From the human T2T-CHM13v2.0 reference genome, Homo sapiens: a DNA stretch of 64,000 nt. The position numbers and the translations under genes were made by a program. Shown here piece after piece: positions 49,065 to 63,739 of this stretch (the first letter of the stretch is position 1; every line of letters starts with the position of its first letter). The notes beneath the pieces are model-generated. The model did not search any database and had not been told where the DNA came from. It saw only the letters and a list, made by a program, of their open reading frames with translations. The stretch lies in the NCBI RefSeq assembly GCF_009914755.1, contig NC_060928.1; one strand, given 5' to 3'.

Positions 49065-51505
49065 CTAGATGATGGGGTGATTAGCATCAGATCAGCAATG
49101 TTATTTTATGTTATCATGCATTATTTGTATTTCAAATGGATGTTGTGTAATACCCCAAATGTTATTTTCATTCCATTAAGTGTTTAATATGTTTTGTTGC
49201 TCAGATTGTCATTATAAATAATAGAATTGCAAAAGGAAGGAAGCTGAAAGAAGATAGGCTTTGAAGAGAGAAGGAATAATGCAACTAATAGGTTGTTGTC
49301 CTAAGTCAAGAACCCTGATTACATTTGGTGTGAACCATGGAGTGCTGTGATACTTACCCATATTTATTTTGGCTGCTGTTTGTCCTTTAATCCTGAAAAG
49401 TTAAACACAGTAAAGAAATGAATAATGGTGTACAGGATTATAAAATAAGAAAGTTCCTGTCTCCATAGAAAATACATATGTAAGGGATAAGAGAAGTACT
49501 AAAATATGGGTTTGCTTGGTTTAAGTACATCTCTTCATGTTTTATTTCAGCTTTTAGAGAAAACTGCATTGTTTATAGAAGGTCATGTAGGGTTGAATTA
49601 GGTAAGACCAAGTTGAAATAAAAGGTGGAAAATTGGTTACTAAATGTGAAGTGAATACTTTCAGGCATAGAGTATACCACGAAAGGAGGCTAAGAATAGA
49701 GATGCGGATGAATAGGGGACAAGACAGCCAGTGCTGGAAGAGAAGGGAGTCAGCTTGGGGATGTCAGCAAAAGAAAACCAGTGAGGGATCCATCCTCAGG
49801 TGAGAGAAACCAGAGCAGGGCTGAAATTATACAGTGCAGATTGAGTATAAGGCATGGTCAGCTTTTGCAGAGCCAGAACTTTCCATCTGAAACTAGAGCT
49901 TATTCCTGGCTACAATGTGTGTCCACTGGGATGACTAGGATTACAGAAACAAGTCCAGTCTACAGTTTTAGAAAGAACCATAAGTATTAGGAAGAAATAA
50001 AGATAGTAGTAATTCAACATATTTTAATTGAGCCTCTCATCTGTGGTAGGTTGGGCTCTTGAGAGAAATTAGAAAAGTACAAAACAATTAAGCTCATGAT
50101 AAGGATATTTCGGGGATTGATGTGAGAAAGGACATATCCTTTTAAAATATCACTTCTGTTTTAGCTTTTTGTTTATATATTTTATATATATTGTGTATGT
50201 CTATATATATATATACATATATACATAGAGAGAGACATATATAAGCAATAACTCTCCTTCTCCCCCACTCCCACCAACCTGTAGTAACCACTGTTCTACG
50301 GTCTGTCTCTATGAATTTAACTACTTTAGGTACCTCATACAAATGGAAACATACAGTATCTGTCTTTTTAAAGATTTATTTCACTTAGCTTGATGGCTTC
50401 AAAGTTCATTCATATTGTAGTGTGTGTTGGAATTTTCTTCCTTTTTAAGGGCTGAATAGTATTCCATTGTATTTATTGAACACTTCCTATGTGCCAGTTA
50501 CTGAGTATATTGAAAGAAGAATGCAAATGAATAAGGTATAAATATACTGAGAGGAAATGGCTAGAGATTGGGGAAGTCTTGGATAGCACTCAAGGTGACA
50601 AGATGGGAGTGAGTTCCCAATGTAGGAACAGTAAGAAGGCTAAGCAGAGGGTCTCTCTTATAGGGTATTTCTAGAGAAATAAGCTTATCTAGGTTGAGTA
50701 GAACTAGAGTTTTAGAGGGATGTAAATACTTGAATGAAATATTCTGAGGAGGGTGAAGGCATGGAGTTGGTTTTTAGGAACATTAATCTGACACAGATGA
50801 GCAGGTTAGATAGGAATTGGAGTGAGTGCTTTAGCTTCACCTTCTACTCTTTTTGATTCTTACATTCTATTGGATCTTTTGCTGTTCCATAAACTAACAT
50901 TGTACAAAACCATTTTCATGCCTTTGCTCAGTCTGTTCACTCAGCCTCTATTGCTTTGCTCCCGTTTTCCAGTTTCTTTAATTAGAATTGTTTCTTTTTC
51001 TATAGGAGGTACCTCTGTTGTGACATCTTTTCTTTCTTATAATGGCTTTTTGGTGTGTTTTAAAATTGGCTATCTTGCTTACTGGACAATAAAAACAAGT
51101 CCCAGAGAACAAGGACAATGTCTTATTCTTCGTGTGTTTCTCATGGGGTTTTGTAGTTTGTAGGTTGAAATCTTTCATGCATAAAAGAAGGGACAAATAC
51201 ATTAATTAGAAGTACTTACCATGTGATAGCTCTTGTGCTAGATCTTGGGATACAGAGATGAAAGAACATTTTTCTCAAGAAGCTTATAGTCTAATGCAGT
51301 GGTTCTCAAAGTATGGTTTGTAGGCCTCTGGTGGTCTCTAAGATCCTTTCAGGTCAAAGCTTTTATAATAATACTAAGACTTCTTTGGGGGGCTTTATTT
51401 ATTGTGCAGACATTTATACTAATGGCACAAAAGCAATGGTGATGTGTTAGAACTGCTGGTGACTTAAACCATATCAAGAAACTGATACCAAACCCTATTG
51501 TATTC

Positions 51506-51808
51506 TTTTTTTTTTTTTTTTTTTTTTTGAGACGGAGACTTGCTCTGTCACCCAGGCTGGAGTGCAGTGGCACGATCTCAGCTCACTGCAAGCGCCGCCT
51601 CCGGTTTCATGCCAGTCTCCTGCCTTAGCCTCCTGAGTAGCTGGGACTACAAGCGCCCGCCACCATGCCCAACTAATTTTTTGTATATTTAGTAGAGACG
51701 GGGTTTCACCGTGTTAGCCAGGATGGTCTCAATCTCCTGACATTGTGATCCACCCTCCTTGGCCTCCCAAAGTGCTGGGATTACAGGCGTGAGCCACCAC
51801 GCCCAGCC
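51506..51808 (-). mobile_element. AluY
   Basis: Antisense Y-type dimer, with CTATTGTATT flanking both sides. Confidence 0.92.
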
Positions 51809-53175
51809 AGCTCTATTGTATTATTTTCCACCACACACTGACAGTGAAAAAAAAAAAAGAACCAGTTTTACTTGAGTGTCTTTGAAGAAACAGTAAATAA
51901 TTATTAATTGTATTACATCTCATCCCTTGAATACACATCTTTTTAATATTCTGTTGGATGAATGGAAAGTGCACATAAGGCACTTCTGCATACAGAAATA
52001 AGATGGTTATCTAGAAGAAAAGCAGGTATGTGATTATTGGAGGTATGAGCTCAAATGCTTTTTTCTTTTTTTAAATCAAACATTTGGAAGAGTGACTGAC
52101 AAAAAATTATTGTTATTTATACTTGGGTCATTGGGATGTATTTTCTCAAAAATGGCAAAGTGAGCCTCTCATTTCAAAGAAAGCCATTTTATGTTGCCAA
52201 CGATAAAATTTAAGCTTTAAATAAAAATTAGTTTTGCAAAACTTGTCTCTGCCACTGTGAACTTGATGGAATCGCAATACTTACAGACTTCTCTGATGAT
52301 ATTGGTGGTGATATTAATGAACATTACTTTTATTTAATGATATGTTTTCACTTTATAACTTAGTTAACCAATATATTTGAAAAGATCAGTGTATAATGTT
52401 ACAAAATTATGTATGATACGTAAAAAATTAAGTCACAGTGCAAGGCTGATCAATGCATTTTTATGTTATAAAGTATGGAAAGTTTATTGATGGTCAGATT
52501 CTACATCAAAACTAATCTTTAGGAAACTACTGCTTAAAAATTTTGGTATACTATCAAAGGAGAATATCCCCATTTATCTGAAAAAGAATATTAAAATACT
52601 CTTCCTTTTTCCAGTTACATATATGTATGAGGGTGGATTTTTTTCATGGACAACAACCAAAACAACACAGTACCACAGACTTAAAACTATGGCAGGTGAA
52701 AAAATCTAGCTGTCTTCTTTTAAGGCAGACATCAAAAGAGATTTGCAAAAATGTATAACAGTGCCTCTTTTCTCTTTATTTTTGAAAATACAATTACTTT
52801 AAACAAAAATAAGTTACTATACAATGAGTTTTTTACTGTTATATTAAAATAAAGTGAACAAATTTTTGTGGTAAAATATACATAACATAAAAATGACCAT
52901 TTTAATCAGTAAGTATACAGTTCATTGTCATTAAGTACATACACATTGTTGTGCAGCCATCCTCACCATCCATCTTCAAAACTTTTTCATGATTCCAAGC
53001 TGAAACTCTGTACCCATAAATAATAACTCTGCATTCTCCCCCTCTTCAACCTGTAGTAACCACCATTCTATGGTCTGTCTCTATGAATTTAACCACTTTA
53101 GGCACCTCACATAAGTGGAATCATATGGTATCTGTTTTTTTGGACAGATTTATTTTACTTAGCCTGATATCATGA

Positions 53176-53520
<345 letters not shown>

Positions 53521-53657
53521 AGAATTTTCTTTTTAAGAGCTGAATAATATTCCATTGTACTAACATATATGTACATATGATTTTTGTTTATCCATTTATC
53601 CATCTATAGACATTTGGATTATTTCCACCTTTGGCTATTGTTAATAATGCTACTATG

Positions 53658-53975
<318 letters not shown>

Positions 53976-54102
53976 CTACTATGAACATTAGTGTGCAAAT
54001 ATCTGAGTGTCTGTTTTCATTTCTTTGGCTATGTACTCAAAAGTGGAATAATTACTGAATCATATGAACTCTATGTTTAATATTTTGAAGAACTACCATT
54101 CT

Positions 54103-54975
54103 TTTTTTATTTTTATTTTTTTATTATTATTATACTTTAAGTTTTAGGGTACACGTGCACAATGTGCAGGTTAGTTACATATGTAGATATGTGCCATGCT
54201 GGTGTGCTGCACCCATTAACTCGTCATTTAGCATTAGGTATATCTCCTAATGCTATCCCTCCCCCCTCCCCCCACCCCACAACAGTCCCCGGAGTGTGAT
54301 GTTCCCCTTCCTGTGTCCATGTGTTCTCATTGTTCAATTCCCATCTATGAGTGAGAACATGCGGTGTTTGGTTTTTTGTCCTTGTGATAGTTTACTGAGA
54401 ATGATGATTTCCAATTTCATCCATGTCCCTACAAAGGACATGAACTCATCATTTTTTATGGCTGCATAGTATTCCATGGTGTATATGTGCCACATTTTCT
54501 TTATCCAGTCTACCATTGTTGGACATTTGGGTTGGTTCCAAGTCTTTGCTATTGTGAATAGTGCCGCAGAAAACATACGTGTGCATGTGTCTTTATAGCA
54601 GCATGATTTATAATCCTTTGAGTATATACCCCGTAATGGAATGGCTGGGTCAAATGGTATTTCTAGTTCTAGATCCCTGAGGAATCGCCACACTGACTTC
54701 CACAATGGTTGAACTAGTTTACAGTCCCACCAACAGTGTAAAAGTGTTCCTATTTCTCCACAAACTCTCCAGCACCTGTTGTTTCCTGACTTTTTAATGA
54801 TCGCCATTCTAACTGGTGTGAGATGGTATCTCATTGTGGTTTTGATTTGCATTTCTCTGATGGCCAGTGATGATGAGCATTTTTTTCATGTGTTTTTTGG
54901 CTGCATAAATGCCTTCTTTTGAGAAGTATCTGTTCATATCCTTTGCACACTTTTTGATGGGGTTATTTGTTTTTT
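54103..54975 (-). mobile_element. L1PA3-like 3' fragment (~870 bp)
   Basis: ORF2 C-terminus at 54334-54852. 16-bp TSD GAAGAACTACCATTCT at 54087-54102 and 54976-54991. Confidence 0.93.
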
Positions 54976-57915
54976 GAAGAACTACCATTCTAATAAACAA
55001 ATATTTTAATTGTTTTTGTTTTAATTTCCAATGCAAGTATCAATAGATGTCATCCACATAAACAAAAGCATTCTTGGGTTCTCAATAATTTTTTTGAGAT
55101 GTAGTCTCACTGTGTTGCCCAGGTTGGTCTCAAAGTCCTGGATTCCAGTGACCCTCTGGCTTCAGCCTCCCCAGTAGCTGGGATCACAGGTATGGTATAT
55201 GCCACTATACCTGTCTCCTCATCAGTAATTTTTAAGAGTGAGGGTCCTGCGACTGAAAAGTTTGAATATCAGTGGTCTAGTGGAATGAGTGAAATAGAGA
55301 GGCCAGTTAAGAAACTACAACAGTGGAGAACAAGTTGGACTGGACCTTGCTCAGAGAGGAATGGCCAGGGTGGTAAGAAGGCTCTGTTATATGAAGAGAA
55401 CTTGAAGAACCCAGGAATATATTGTGGACTTAAAAGGAGAAGCCTTCAGAGAAGACCCAATAGCTATCTTCAAATAGGAAGCTATCTTCACATAGGAAGC
55501 TCTCTCACAGAAGAGACATTAAGCTTATTTCTGTGACCCCAGGATGGAGTGGTGGAGGGGAGGGGAGTAGTGATGGTGAATCTTAAGGAGAATTAATCTC
55601 ATAGTAAGAATTTTCCAGTAGAATAGTTCAGAGATGGAATTGAGTAAGGTAGGGATGTAGACAGTTTCTAAGTTAGAAAGGTAGAGTTTTAAATTTAGAG
55701 TTTCGAAGCCAGAAAATCATTTGGAGAGGATAATCAAGCATTAAATGGTTAGTCAACATAGAAGAATTCTGTAATCACTTCTAACCCTACAGTTCCATGG
55801 GGCATAGAATGATGAAGTTCAGGATTAGCATGATAGCATAGTGAAAAGCAGGAAAGATGAGGTCTCTTTAGAGGGAATTAAAGGATCCTTGGATCCCTTT
55901 CTGTAGAACTTCCTATGCCCTCATTTGTACTTAATGGAGATTTAGCCTCAGCTTACTTCGCAGCTTCTTTGGCCCAGCTACTATTTTAGCTGCTTTGCTT
56001 CTCCAGTTCCCTTTGTTCATCAAGATTAGAAATTTAAGATTGCTAGTGGCCAGTACTTTGGACTAAGACTATTCTGGTAGGAATTGAAAGAAACTGGATT
56101 TGTGTATGTGTGGGAAGGGGAGAGGTTTGGTCATGTGTTTCTAGGAGTGCAGAAGGGTGGAGGATGTCAGAATCAGCATAACTAAATGGATGAAGGATGT
56201 ATGCAGGACCATACCACAAATGTACTGTACCCTCTCTCACTAGATTATATTTTTGAGCATAGTCTTCACTAGCTCTTAAAGTGAGTGAGAGGCATTTTGT
56301 TTAAAGAAGACTTAACTTTTGTCATAGATATTTGAAAAGCCGCTACTTCTAGCCCCCCTCACCCACCTCCCTGACAGTCTTTTACAAATATTTAGTCCAT
56401 TGCCATCTGGGACATATTATATTTTATTGCACAGCAACTTTAATTTATATTGGACTTCACAGCCTAAAAATAACTGAAAAATTTTCTATTTGAGACTCAT
56501 AATAACTCAGTTAAGGTATTATTTTTCCTACTAAATAAAGAAGAAAACTGCCATACAGAGAGGTTAAGTGACTTGAACAAGCTAGTAAATTAGGCTGAGA
56601 GGTGATTCCAGATCTTTTGATGCCAAATCCCACTCTCATTTAGTCCCAAGTGGTTTTCAAACTGTGTTCTATTATACCTAAGGATTCTGATAAGCCATAT
56701 TCACTTAAAAATATTTAATTAAAAAATTACACTAAGAAACAACACTCTTTCAGATGCACTAAATATCAAGTGTTTAGCACATAATCCACTACTGTGCTTC
56801 CAGATTAACTTGTTTCTGGGTGATCCCAGAATAGAACCTGTTTCTCTTATCTTTTGTCGTGTGTTTGGGACACTTCTTACAAATGCATGCTTGATGATAA
56901 AGATATAATTCTACACCGGTCCTTTAAAATATCTGGGCTTGCACATGTGTGCTTGTGGAATGTTGTTCAAGTGATGAACCTTAATGCAGTGGGTATGCTG
57001 TGTTTGGGGTTGATTGGGCAGGCAAAGCACAAGTGCTTCTGTTCAACACAGGCCCCTAGTGATGGTATACTGCTGAGATGTAAGGCAAGTGAACTTGTCA
57101 TACCACATCATGTAGTAGTAAAACCATGTTATGCAGAATTTTAGCAGTATTGGAAGCTCTTTGTCTGGTTTTTGCATTTGTGATAAATTTTAGGATTTAT
57201 CTCAAAATAAAAATTTCCAAGTCTGCTTCTTTCAATTTCCTACATCATTTTAATTTGGGAGTGTGCTGAGATGACCAGGAAATCTATTAAAAATGCAAAC
57301 ATGTCTTTGATTGGGATTTTTCTCTATGCTAAGCCACTAAAACAAAATACAGAAATTGGATATTGAGGCTATATCAGAATAAAGCTGTACCTTTTTAATG
57401 TTAATCACAACATTAGCAAACAAGAAAAGGCTCATTGTTCTTATTGTTTGGTAATATCATTTTCAATGTGTTTTATATAGGATTCCTAATAGGGTTTCGA
57501 TTTCATTTGCAAAATAGGTTCTGTTGCTAAATCATGTTTGGGAACCACTGTGCCTTACCATGTTGTCACTGTCCTGCTTTTGATCCTCAAAAACTTGAAG
57601 ATTTTTATAATTAGTTTGGGTGCAAAGTATATCTAGGAGGTATAGCAACCTTAAAGTACTGAAAGTGTTTAGAAAAAATAACCAGTTTTTAAAAAATTCT
57701 TTAAATTGTCTTCTCTCCGAATCATTTTCAAATGCAGGCTAGTATAAGACAGCTTATTTACTTTTGATTTAGTACATTTGAATAATTAGCAGGGTTTTTG
57801 CAGCTTTTAAAAATCTTTTCTAGGAGTAACAGATTGGAAAACAGTCTCTTCACTTAAATATATTTTTTATCAAGTTCCTTGTTTTGGGGGGGAGGAAATT
57901 GGGTAAAAATAGAAT

Positions 57916-58286
57916 CATGCTGCTATAAAGACACATGCACACGTATGTTTATTGTGGCACTATTCACAATAGCAAAGACTTGTGGAAACCATTCTCAGCA
58001 AACTATCGCAAGGACAAAAAACCAAACACCGCATGTTCTCACTCATAGGTGGGAATTGAACAATGAGAACACATGGACACAGGAAGGGAAACATCACACT
58101 CTGGAGACTGTTGTGGGGTGGGGGGAGGGGGGAGGGGGGAGGGGTAGCATTAGGAGATATACCTAATGCTAAATGATGAGTTAATGGGTGCAGCACACCA
58201 ACATGGCACATGTATACATATGTAACAAACCTGCACATTGTGCACATGTACCCTAAAACTTAAAGTATAATAATAATAAAATTTAA
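57916..58286 (+). mobile_element. L1PA3/4-like 3' fragment with internal deletion
   Basis: L1 3' UTR and tail. TSD AAAAATAGAAT at 57905-57915 and 58287-58297. Confidence 0.9.
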
Positions 58287-59479
58287 AAAAATAGAATGTG
58301 GTTTGGGCAATATAATTTTGTCAAGCAATAATTAATGCCAGGGTGATACTTGGGATGCAAAAATAAAGACCCATTCCTTGCCTTTGAATTTATAGTCTAG
58401 TCAGAAAGATAAATAGGTGAGCTGAAAATTACATTGTAATCTGATAATTGCTGAAACAGAGGAACATAATGTTCTATCCTTGCTGCCTGGCCTAGGGAAA
58501 GGAGGTGATATTTGAAGGATGTCTTGGAAGCTAGCAGGTGTTTGCTAAGGTAGTGAGAGAGCACTTCCATCTGAGGAAATATGAACAGCCCTTAAAGGAC
58601 TGACAGTTGGGAAATCAGTGAATATAGTTCACTGTGGCTAGGGTGTGTGGGGAGGAGGTGTGAGAAGAGGATGTTGTTAACTTGGTGGAGCAACAGCAGG
58701 AGATGAATTTGTAGAGATAAGTTGGGTCTACATTGTGAAGGACCAAGTATGCCCTGTTAAAAAATGTAGACTTCTTGTGTAAGCTGTGAAGTGCCACAGC
58801 TGGGAAAGACTTATGTTTTAGGAAGAAATGCTGGAAGATAGATTGGAAAAGGGAAAAATTGGTTCATTCATTCGATAATCATTTATTGAGCACCTACTGT
58901 GTGAAAACAACTTAGGTTCTAGGCACTTGGGATACGGATAGTAAAAAAAAGGCAGAAATGTCTGCTCTAATGGAGCTTACCGCTTGCAATGTAATGAGAT
59001 AGATGATATACCAATAAACATAGTAAATAAATTAATCATATAGTATAATAGAAGGTGAGAAATGCTAAGTAAGAAGAAAAAATAGAGTAAGGGAGTTTTG
59101 AGAGTGCCAGGTGGAAGTGGTCACAATTTAAGTAAGGTGGCAAGAAGCCCAATTTAGAGGTGGTTGCAGTAATTCAAATGAGAAAGACTTGTCTTAGACT
59201 AAATGTGGGACTTTAAAATGGAGAGAAAGTATAGATTGGGAGGACATTTTTTCCTGTCTTTTTTGAAACTTTTTAACCCATAAGTATATAAATTTATATT
59301 TATGTTATAGATACAAATCTATAATGTATTGTTATGGGGTGAAGGACTTTGTAATGACCACCCTATAAGTGAAACTTTGCCAGCCACACTGGAAACCTCT
59401 CCATTTGCCCCATCCCAATCACAAACCCCTCCGTTTCTGATAACATGATATTTATGGTAATCACTTTTCTGCATTTCTT

Positions 59480-60280
59480 TTTTTTTTTTTTTTTAGCTGT
59501 TCTGTTAGATATTTTATTATTCTTAACTTTTAGTTTCAGGGGCATATGTGCAGGTTTGTTATATAGGTAAATTGTTTGTCACGGGGGTTTGGTGTACAGA
59601 TTATTTCGTCACCCAGATAGTGTGCATAATACCCAATAGGTAGTTCCATTCCTCATCCTCCTCCCACCCTCTACCATCAAGTAGGCCCTGGTGTCTATTG
59701 TTCCCTTCTTTGTGTCCATGTGTACTCAATGTTCAGTTTCCACTTATAAGTGGGAACATGTGGGTTTCGTTTTTCTGTCCCTGCTGTTAGTTCACTTAGG
59801 ATAATGGTCTCCAGCTTAATCCATGTTGCTAGACGTGATCTCGTTGTTTTTTATGGCTGTGTAGTATTCCATGGTGTATATGTACCACATTTTCTTTATC
59901 CAGTCTACTGTTGATGGGCATTTAGGTTGATTCCATTTCTTTGCTATTGTGAATAGTGCTGCAATGAACATAGGCATGCGTATGTCTTTACGGTAGAATG
60001 ATTTATATTCCTTTGGATATATACCAGTAATTGGGATTGCTGGGTCAAATGGTAGTTCTGTTTTAAGTTCTTTGAGAAATCTTCAAACTGCTTTCCCCAA
60101 TGGCTGAACTAATTTACATTCCCACCAGCAGTGTATAAACGTTCCCTTTTCTCTACAGCCTCCCTGGCATGTTATTTTTTGACTTTTTAATTGAAGCCAT
60201 TCTGACTGGTGTGAAATGGTATCTCATTGCAGTTTTGATTTGCATTTCTTTAGTGATTAGTGACATTGAGTATTTTTATA
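59480..60280 (-). mobile_element. Older L1PA (L1PA13-15-like) 3' fragment inside an old L1M
   Basis: 3' UTR signature GGTAAATTG...GGGGGTTTGGTGTACAGATTATTTCGTCACCCAG. TSD TTTTCTGCATT(T/C)CTT. Confidence 0.8.
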
Positions 60281-62231
60281 TTTTCTGCATTCCTTGATAA
60301 TTTTATTAATCAAATATATGTCTCTAGATACTATAACTTAGTCCTGCCTATTTTTAAAATGTCTTTGTCTTTTTTTTAAGCTATAGGTTTTCTCTCCTTC
60401 CTTTCTTTTTCCTTACAGTTTATCAGCTGAAGAACTAGGCTATTTGACTTTAGAATTTCCCATAGCCTGGAGACCTTTCTTGTTGTAAACTCATGGTATA
60501 GCTCAACATGTTCCTCTGCCCTTTGTATGTCTTATAAGTTGACAGGTGGACCCAGAAGCTTCATCAGACTCAGGTATTATCCCTTTGGCCTGACAATAGC
60601 AGTAGAGTGTTCTTTCATTGAAAACCACATAATGTCTGATTATCTCTTTTGCAATGTGAGCAGCTGTTTTTGCTCAATGCCTAGAATTAGTAATTCATTG
60701 GGGATTGCAAAGTTGTGATATTCTAATTGTATCATATCTGTTTTAGTTATTAGCTAGAATTATTTTGCAAAGAATCATTTCCCCTCATTTACTGTGTGGA
60801 TATCCAGTGGTATAGTGCCAATAGGAAAGGCAGCATAAATGCCTTTTTCATTATTTACCAGTGTTTAAGGTAATGAGTTAGTTCCCTATCATTCTCCTTT
60901 TTTATTACTCTATCAACATTTCCAGACTTTGGAAAGGGAGCGTTGATTTGTCAGTTTTAAGAATTTATAGGTACTAGATTGCTCCAGTCTCTTCAGATAT
61001 CACCTGGCTATATTTGAATTAGGCAAAACCGTTCCCTGTTTTAACTTCTGCTCTAAAGTTGGCTCATCATGTGTTCAAATGTATGTTTGTTGACTACTTT
61101 GGGTTCTTTTGTTTTCACTACATCAGATAGTCAGTTGCTTTCTTCTGCTTCTTCCTGTACAGATGTTGATGTCTTAGAGGTCTTGTGGCAGTTGGTTTAT
61201 CCTCAGCTGCTTGTATTTCTGGGGGACAGCTTATCATCTAGTTTTGTTGTGAATATTTTCCAAAGGATTTGGCTTTGCTATCTAGTTGCTTGGTCTGTTT
61301 TTATGTGGAAATCAAGGAGGTTTTTTAAAAAATCTCACTGCCACCAGTGCCATCTCCCAGAAAGGGATTGAATCACGGAAGAGTTAGTGTGGAATTGAGA
61401 ATAAATTTGAAGTTTCTAACTTGGAAGATCTGGTAAATGGTAATTTTATTGATGAAGATTTAAAAAATGTAAGAGAAGGAACAAGACAGTAAGTGGAGGA
61501 TAAGACCAGTTTTTGATTTCTTAGGTTTGAAATACTCTATTTGAGATCCTCTAATAGAAATTCCTTCTGAAGAAGTATGCTGCTAGAATTTGACAGAGCT
61601 AGGTGATGGAACATCAACACTTTGAGAGTAATCAAAGCCATTACAAGTAGGAAAAATTATATTTTTGGTAAAAATTACAGTGTGAAAAACCAGTAGAATA
61701 GGAAACATGCACTTGAAGATAAAACACTAATAACACACATTTATGAACTAGTAGTTTTATGTATTTTCTACAAATATACACAATGCATTTACATTGAGAA
61801 GCAATCCAAAGAGGAAGACACTGTGCAAAGATCCATTTGCATGGATGCAACTGGTTTTTTAGTCATTAGATACAGGTGCCATATATATTTAATATAATAT
61901 CAAGGCAATGAATTTATAAAATCTGAGTATTTTTCCAACTTGAGACCCTAGATAAAGATGATAAGGACTCATAATCTCCAAGTTTGTATAGTTTTAGTAG
62001 ACTTTAGTATACTATCACAGATCCTTTAAGAGTTAGTGAGAAAGTCTTCTTTCTTATAAGCTATTCTAGATAGTTCTAAGCTCTATCTTCAAAGAGGATT
62101 TTTCAAGTAGTATACATTTTTGAACACTCCTTTTTAAACATTTCCTTTGTTCTAAATATCAACCCAAATGATTTACTTTGGATATCTTTTCCTTCCTTAT
62201 CTTTCTTTTTTATTATTATTATTATTCTTAG

Positions 62232-62304
62232 GCCAGTCTTCAGAGACCTGAGATTAAACTTGAATCACTGAAAGAAGATATTAAGGAATTCTTTAAAATA
62301 TCAG
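62232..62304 (+). CDS. TBC1D19: TBC1D19 coding exon 2 (ASLQRPEIKLESLKEDIKEFFKIS+G)
   Basis: Long pyrimidine tract then TTAG|, 73 nt, donor CAG|GTTTGT. Phase 0 in, phase 1 out, open in frame with exon 1. Confidence 0.9.
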
Positions 62305-62377
62305 GTTTGTAAGTTTTTCCTAATAACTTAAGGCAAAATAAGAAAATGTTTTATTTATTCCTAATTCTTTAAGCCCT

Positions 62378-62573
62378 CAAGCTTGTACAACCACCTTACT
62401 TTGTTGTCGTTCTGTTTTGTTTTGTTTTAGGCTTTTAGCAGCCTGAAGCCATGGTTTTTGGTTTCTGTCTCTAGTGATAAGCAGAAAAGAGAGATGAGGA
62501 AAGGGCTTTACTGGCCCAGTCAGAAACAGAAACTAAGAACCCATGACTGTATTCTCTCTCTTGGATACTCTTG
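62378..62573. mobile_element. 196-bp hAT MITE (MER107-like)
   Basis: Imperfect TIRs CAAGCTTGTACAA / TTGGATACTCTTG. The body resembles my recollection of MER107. Confidence 0.6.
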
Positions 62574-63470
62574 TAAGGCAAAATAAATAATATTTTATCC
62601 CCAGCCTTCCAATTACTCATTCAAAATTGTGAAAACTATGGCCAAATAGGTTTCTATTTAGGGAGAATTAGAACTATTAGACATTTTAACAAAATGGTGC
62701 AAAAATTCAAGAACTCTGTGAGAAAGACTCCTTTGCATTAGTTGGTTTTAAATACTGTTTACCTTACTGGTAATATTCTGATGGATAAATACATCCATAA
62801 GGTGTTAAGTATCTCCTTAGTTAAGTAATTTTTCATTTTACTTTTCAGTTGTGACTTTTTTCCTTGTATGCTTTCACAGAAAATAAAAAGAAAATTCTAA
62901 CTTTTCATAGAGCAAGAGGAGAGAGAGGTTCCCTAGTCCAACATCTGTATATGGGAACTGAGATGTTAAATGGTTGACCCAGATAGTTAGCAGCTGAGCT
63001 AACTTGTCTGACTATTGGTAACTCACAATAATCTGCCTCTGTCGTCCAGGACTTTGCTGACGTGTGAATTATAACTAGATACTTGTCATCTATCTTCAGG
63101 TGGCTGTTTTTTGCCGTTCCCTTGGCACATTCCTTATAGCTTTAGTAGTACAACATCTGAAGATTTTGACATTCATTGAGCACTTTGATAGTGAAAAAGG
63201 AAATGTTCCTCCCAACTTGGTAAAATGGTGCAATAATGATATTATTTTAAAATATCATGTTGATGACTTTGCTACTCAGTGTTAGACAAGGGATATGGTA
63301 AGTGTATAGGAAATAATCTTTAATAACGCTTTACATAGGGATTGGCAGTTGACAAAATTCTTTCACAAATTAATATGATGCCAAAGTTTTATTGAGATAA
63401 ATTTAATTGTAATGTATGTTTATTTAAAAACTAGTATGTTCATATATTTTATTCTTTTTTTAAAAAACAG

Positions 63471-63516
63471 GTTGGGAGAAGAAACTTCAGAATGCTGTTT
63501 ATAGTGAACTGAGTGT
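63471..63516 (+). CDS. TBC1D19: TBC1D19 coding exon 3 (G)WEKKLQNAVYSELS(V)
   Basis: Acceptor ACAG|, 46 nt, donor GTGAGT at 63517. Phase 1 in matches exon 2, and the peptide continues the recognised sequence. Confidence 0.88.
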
Positions 63517-63739
63517 GTGAGTTTTCCCACCTATTTTACAATAGTATTTTGTTTAGCTATATTTACTTTGTGAGTAATAAAACCAGTATTGTTATATATA
63601 CTTGTTGTATTATTATTTATCATTAATATTTATACAGCATTTCAAGTAAGTTGATACAATTAAAAATTACTACCGTCTTGCCTGACAAATAATAAGAAAT
63701 AGGTGTTTTTGTTTTTGTTTTTTACCACCCACTATTGAA

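Noticed and set aside
55463-55500. 18-bp tandem repeat GCTATCTTCA(A/C)ATAGGAA x2
   Set aside because: An ordinary slippage duplication with no spacer structure.
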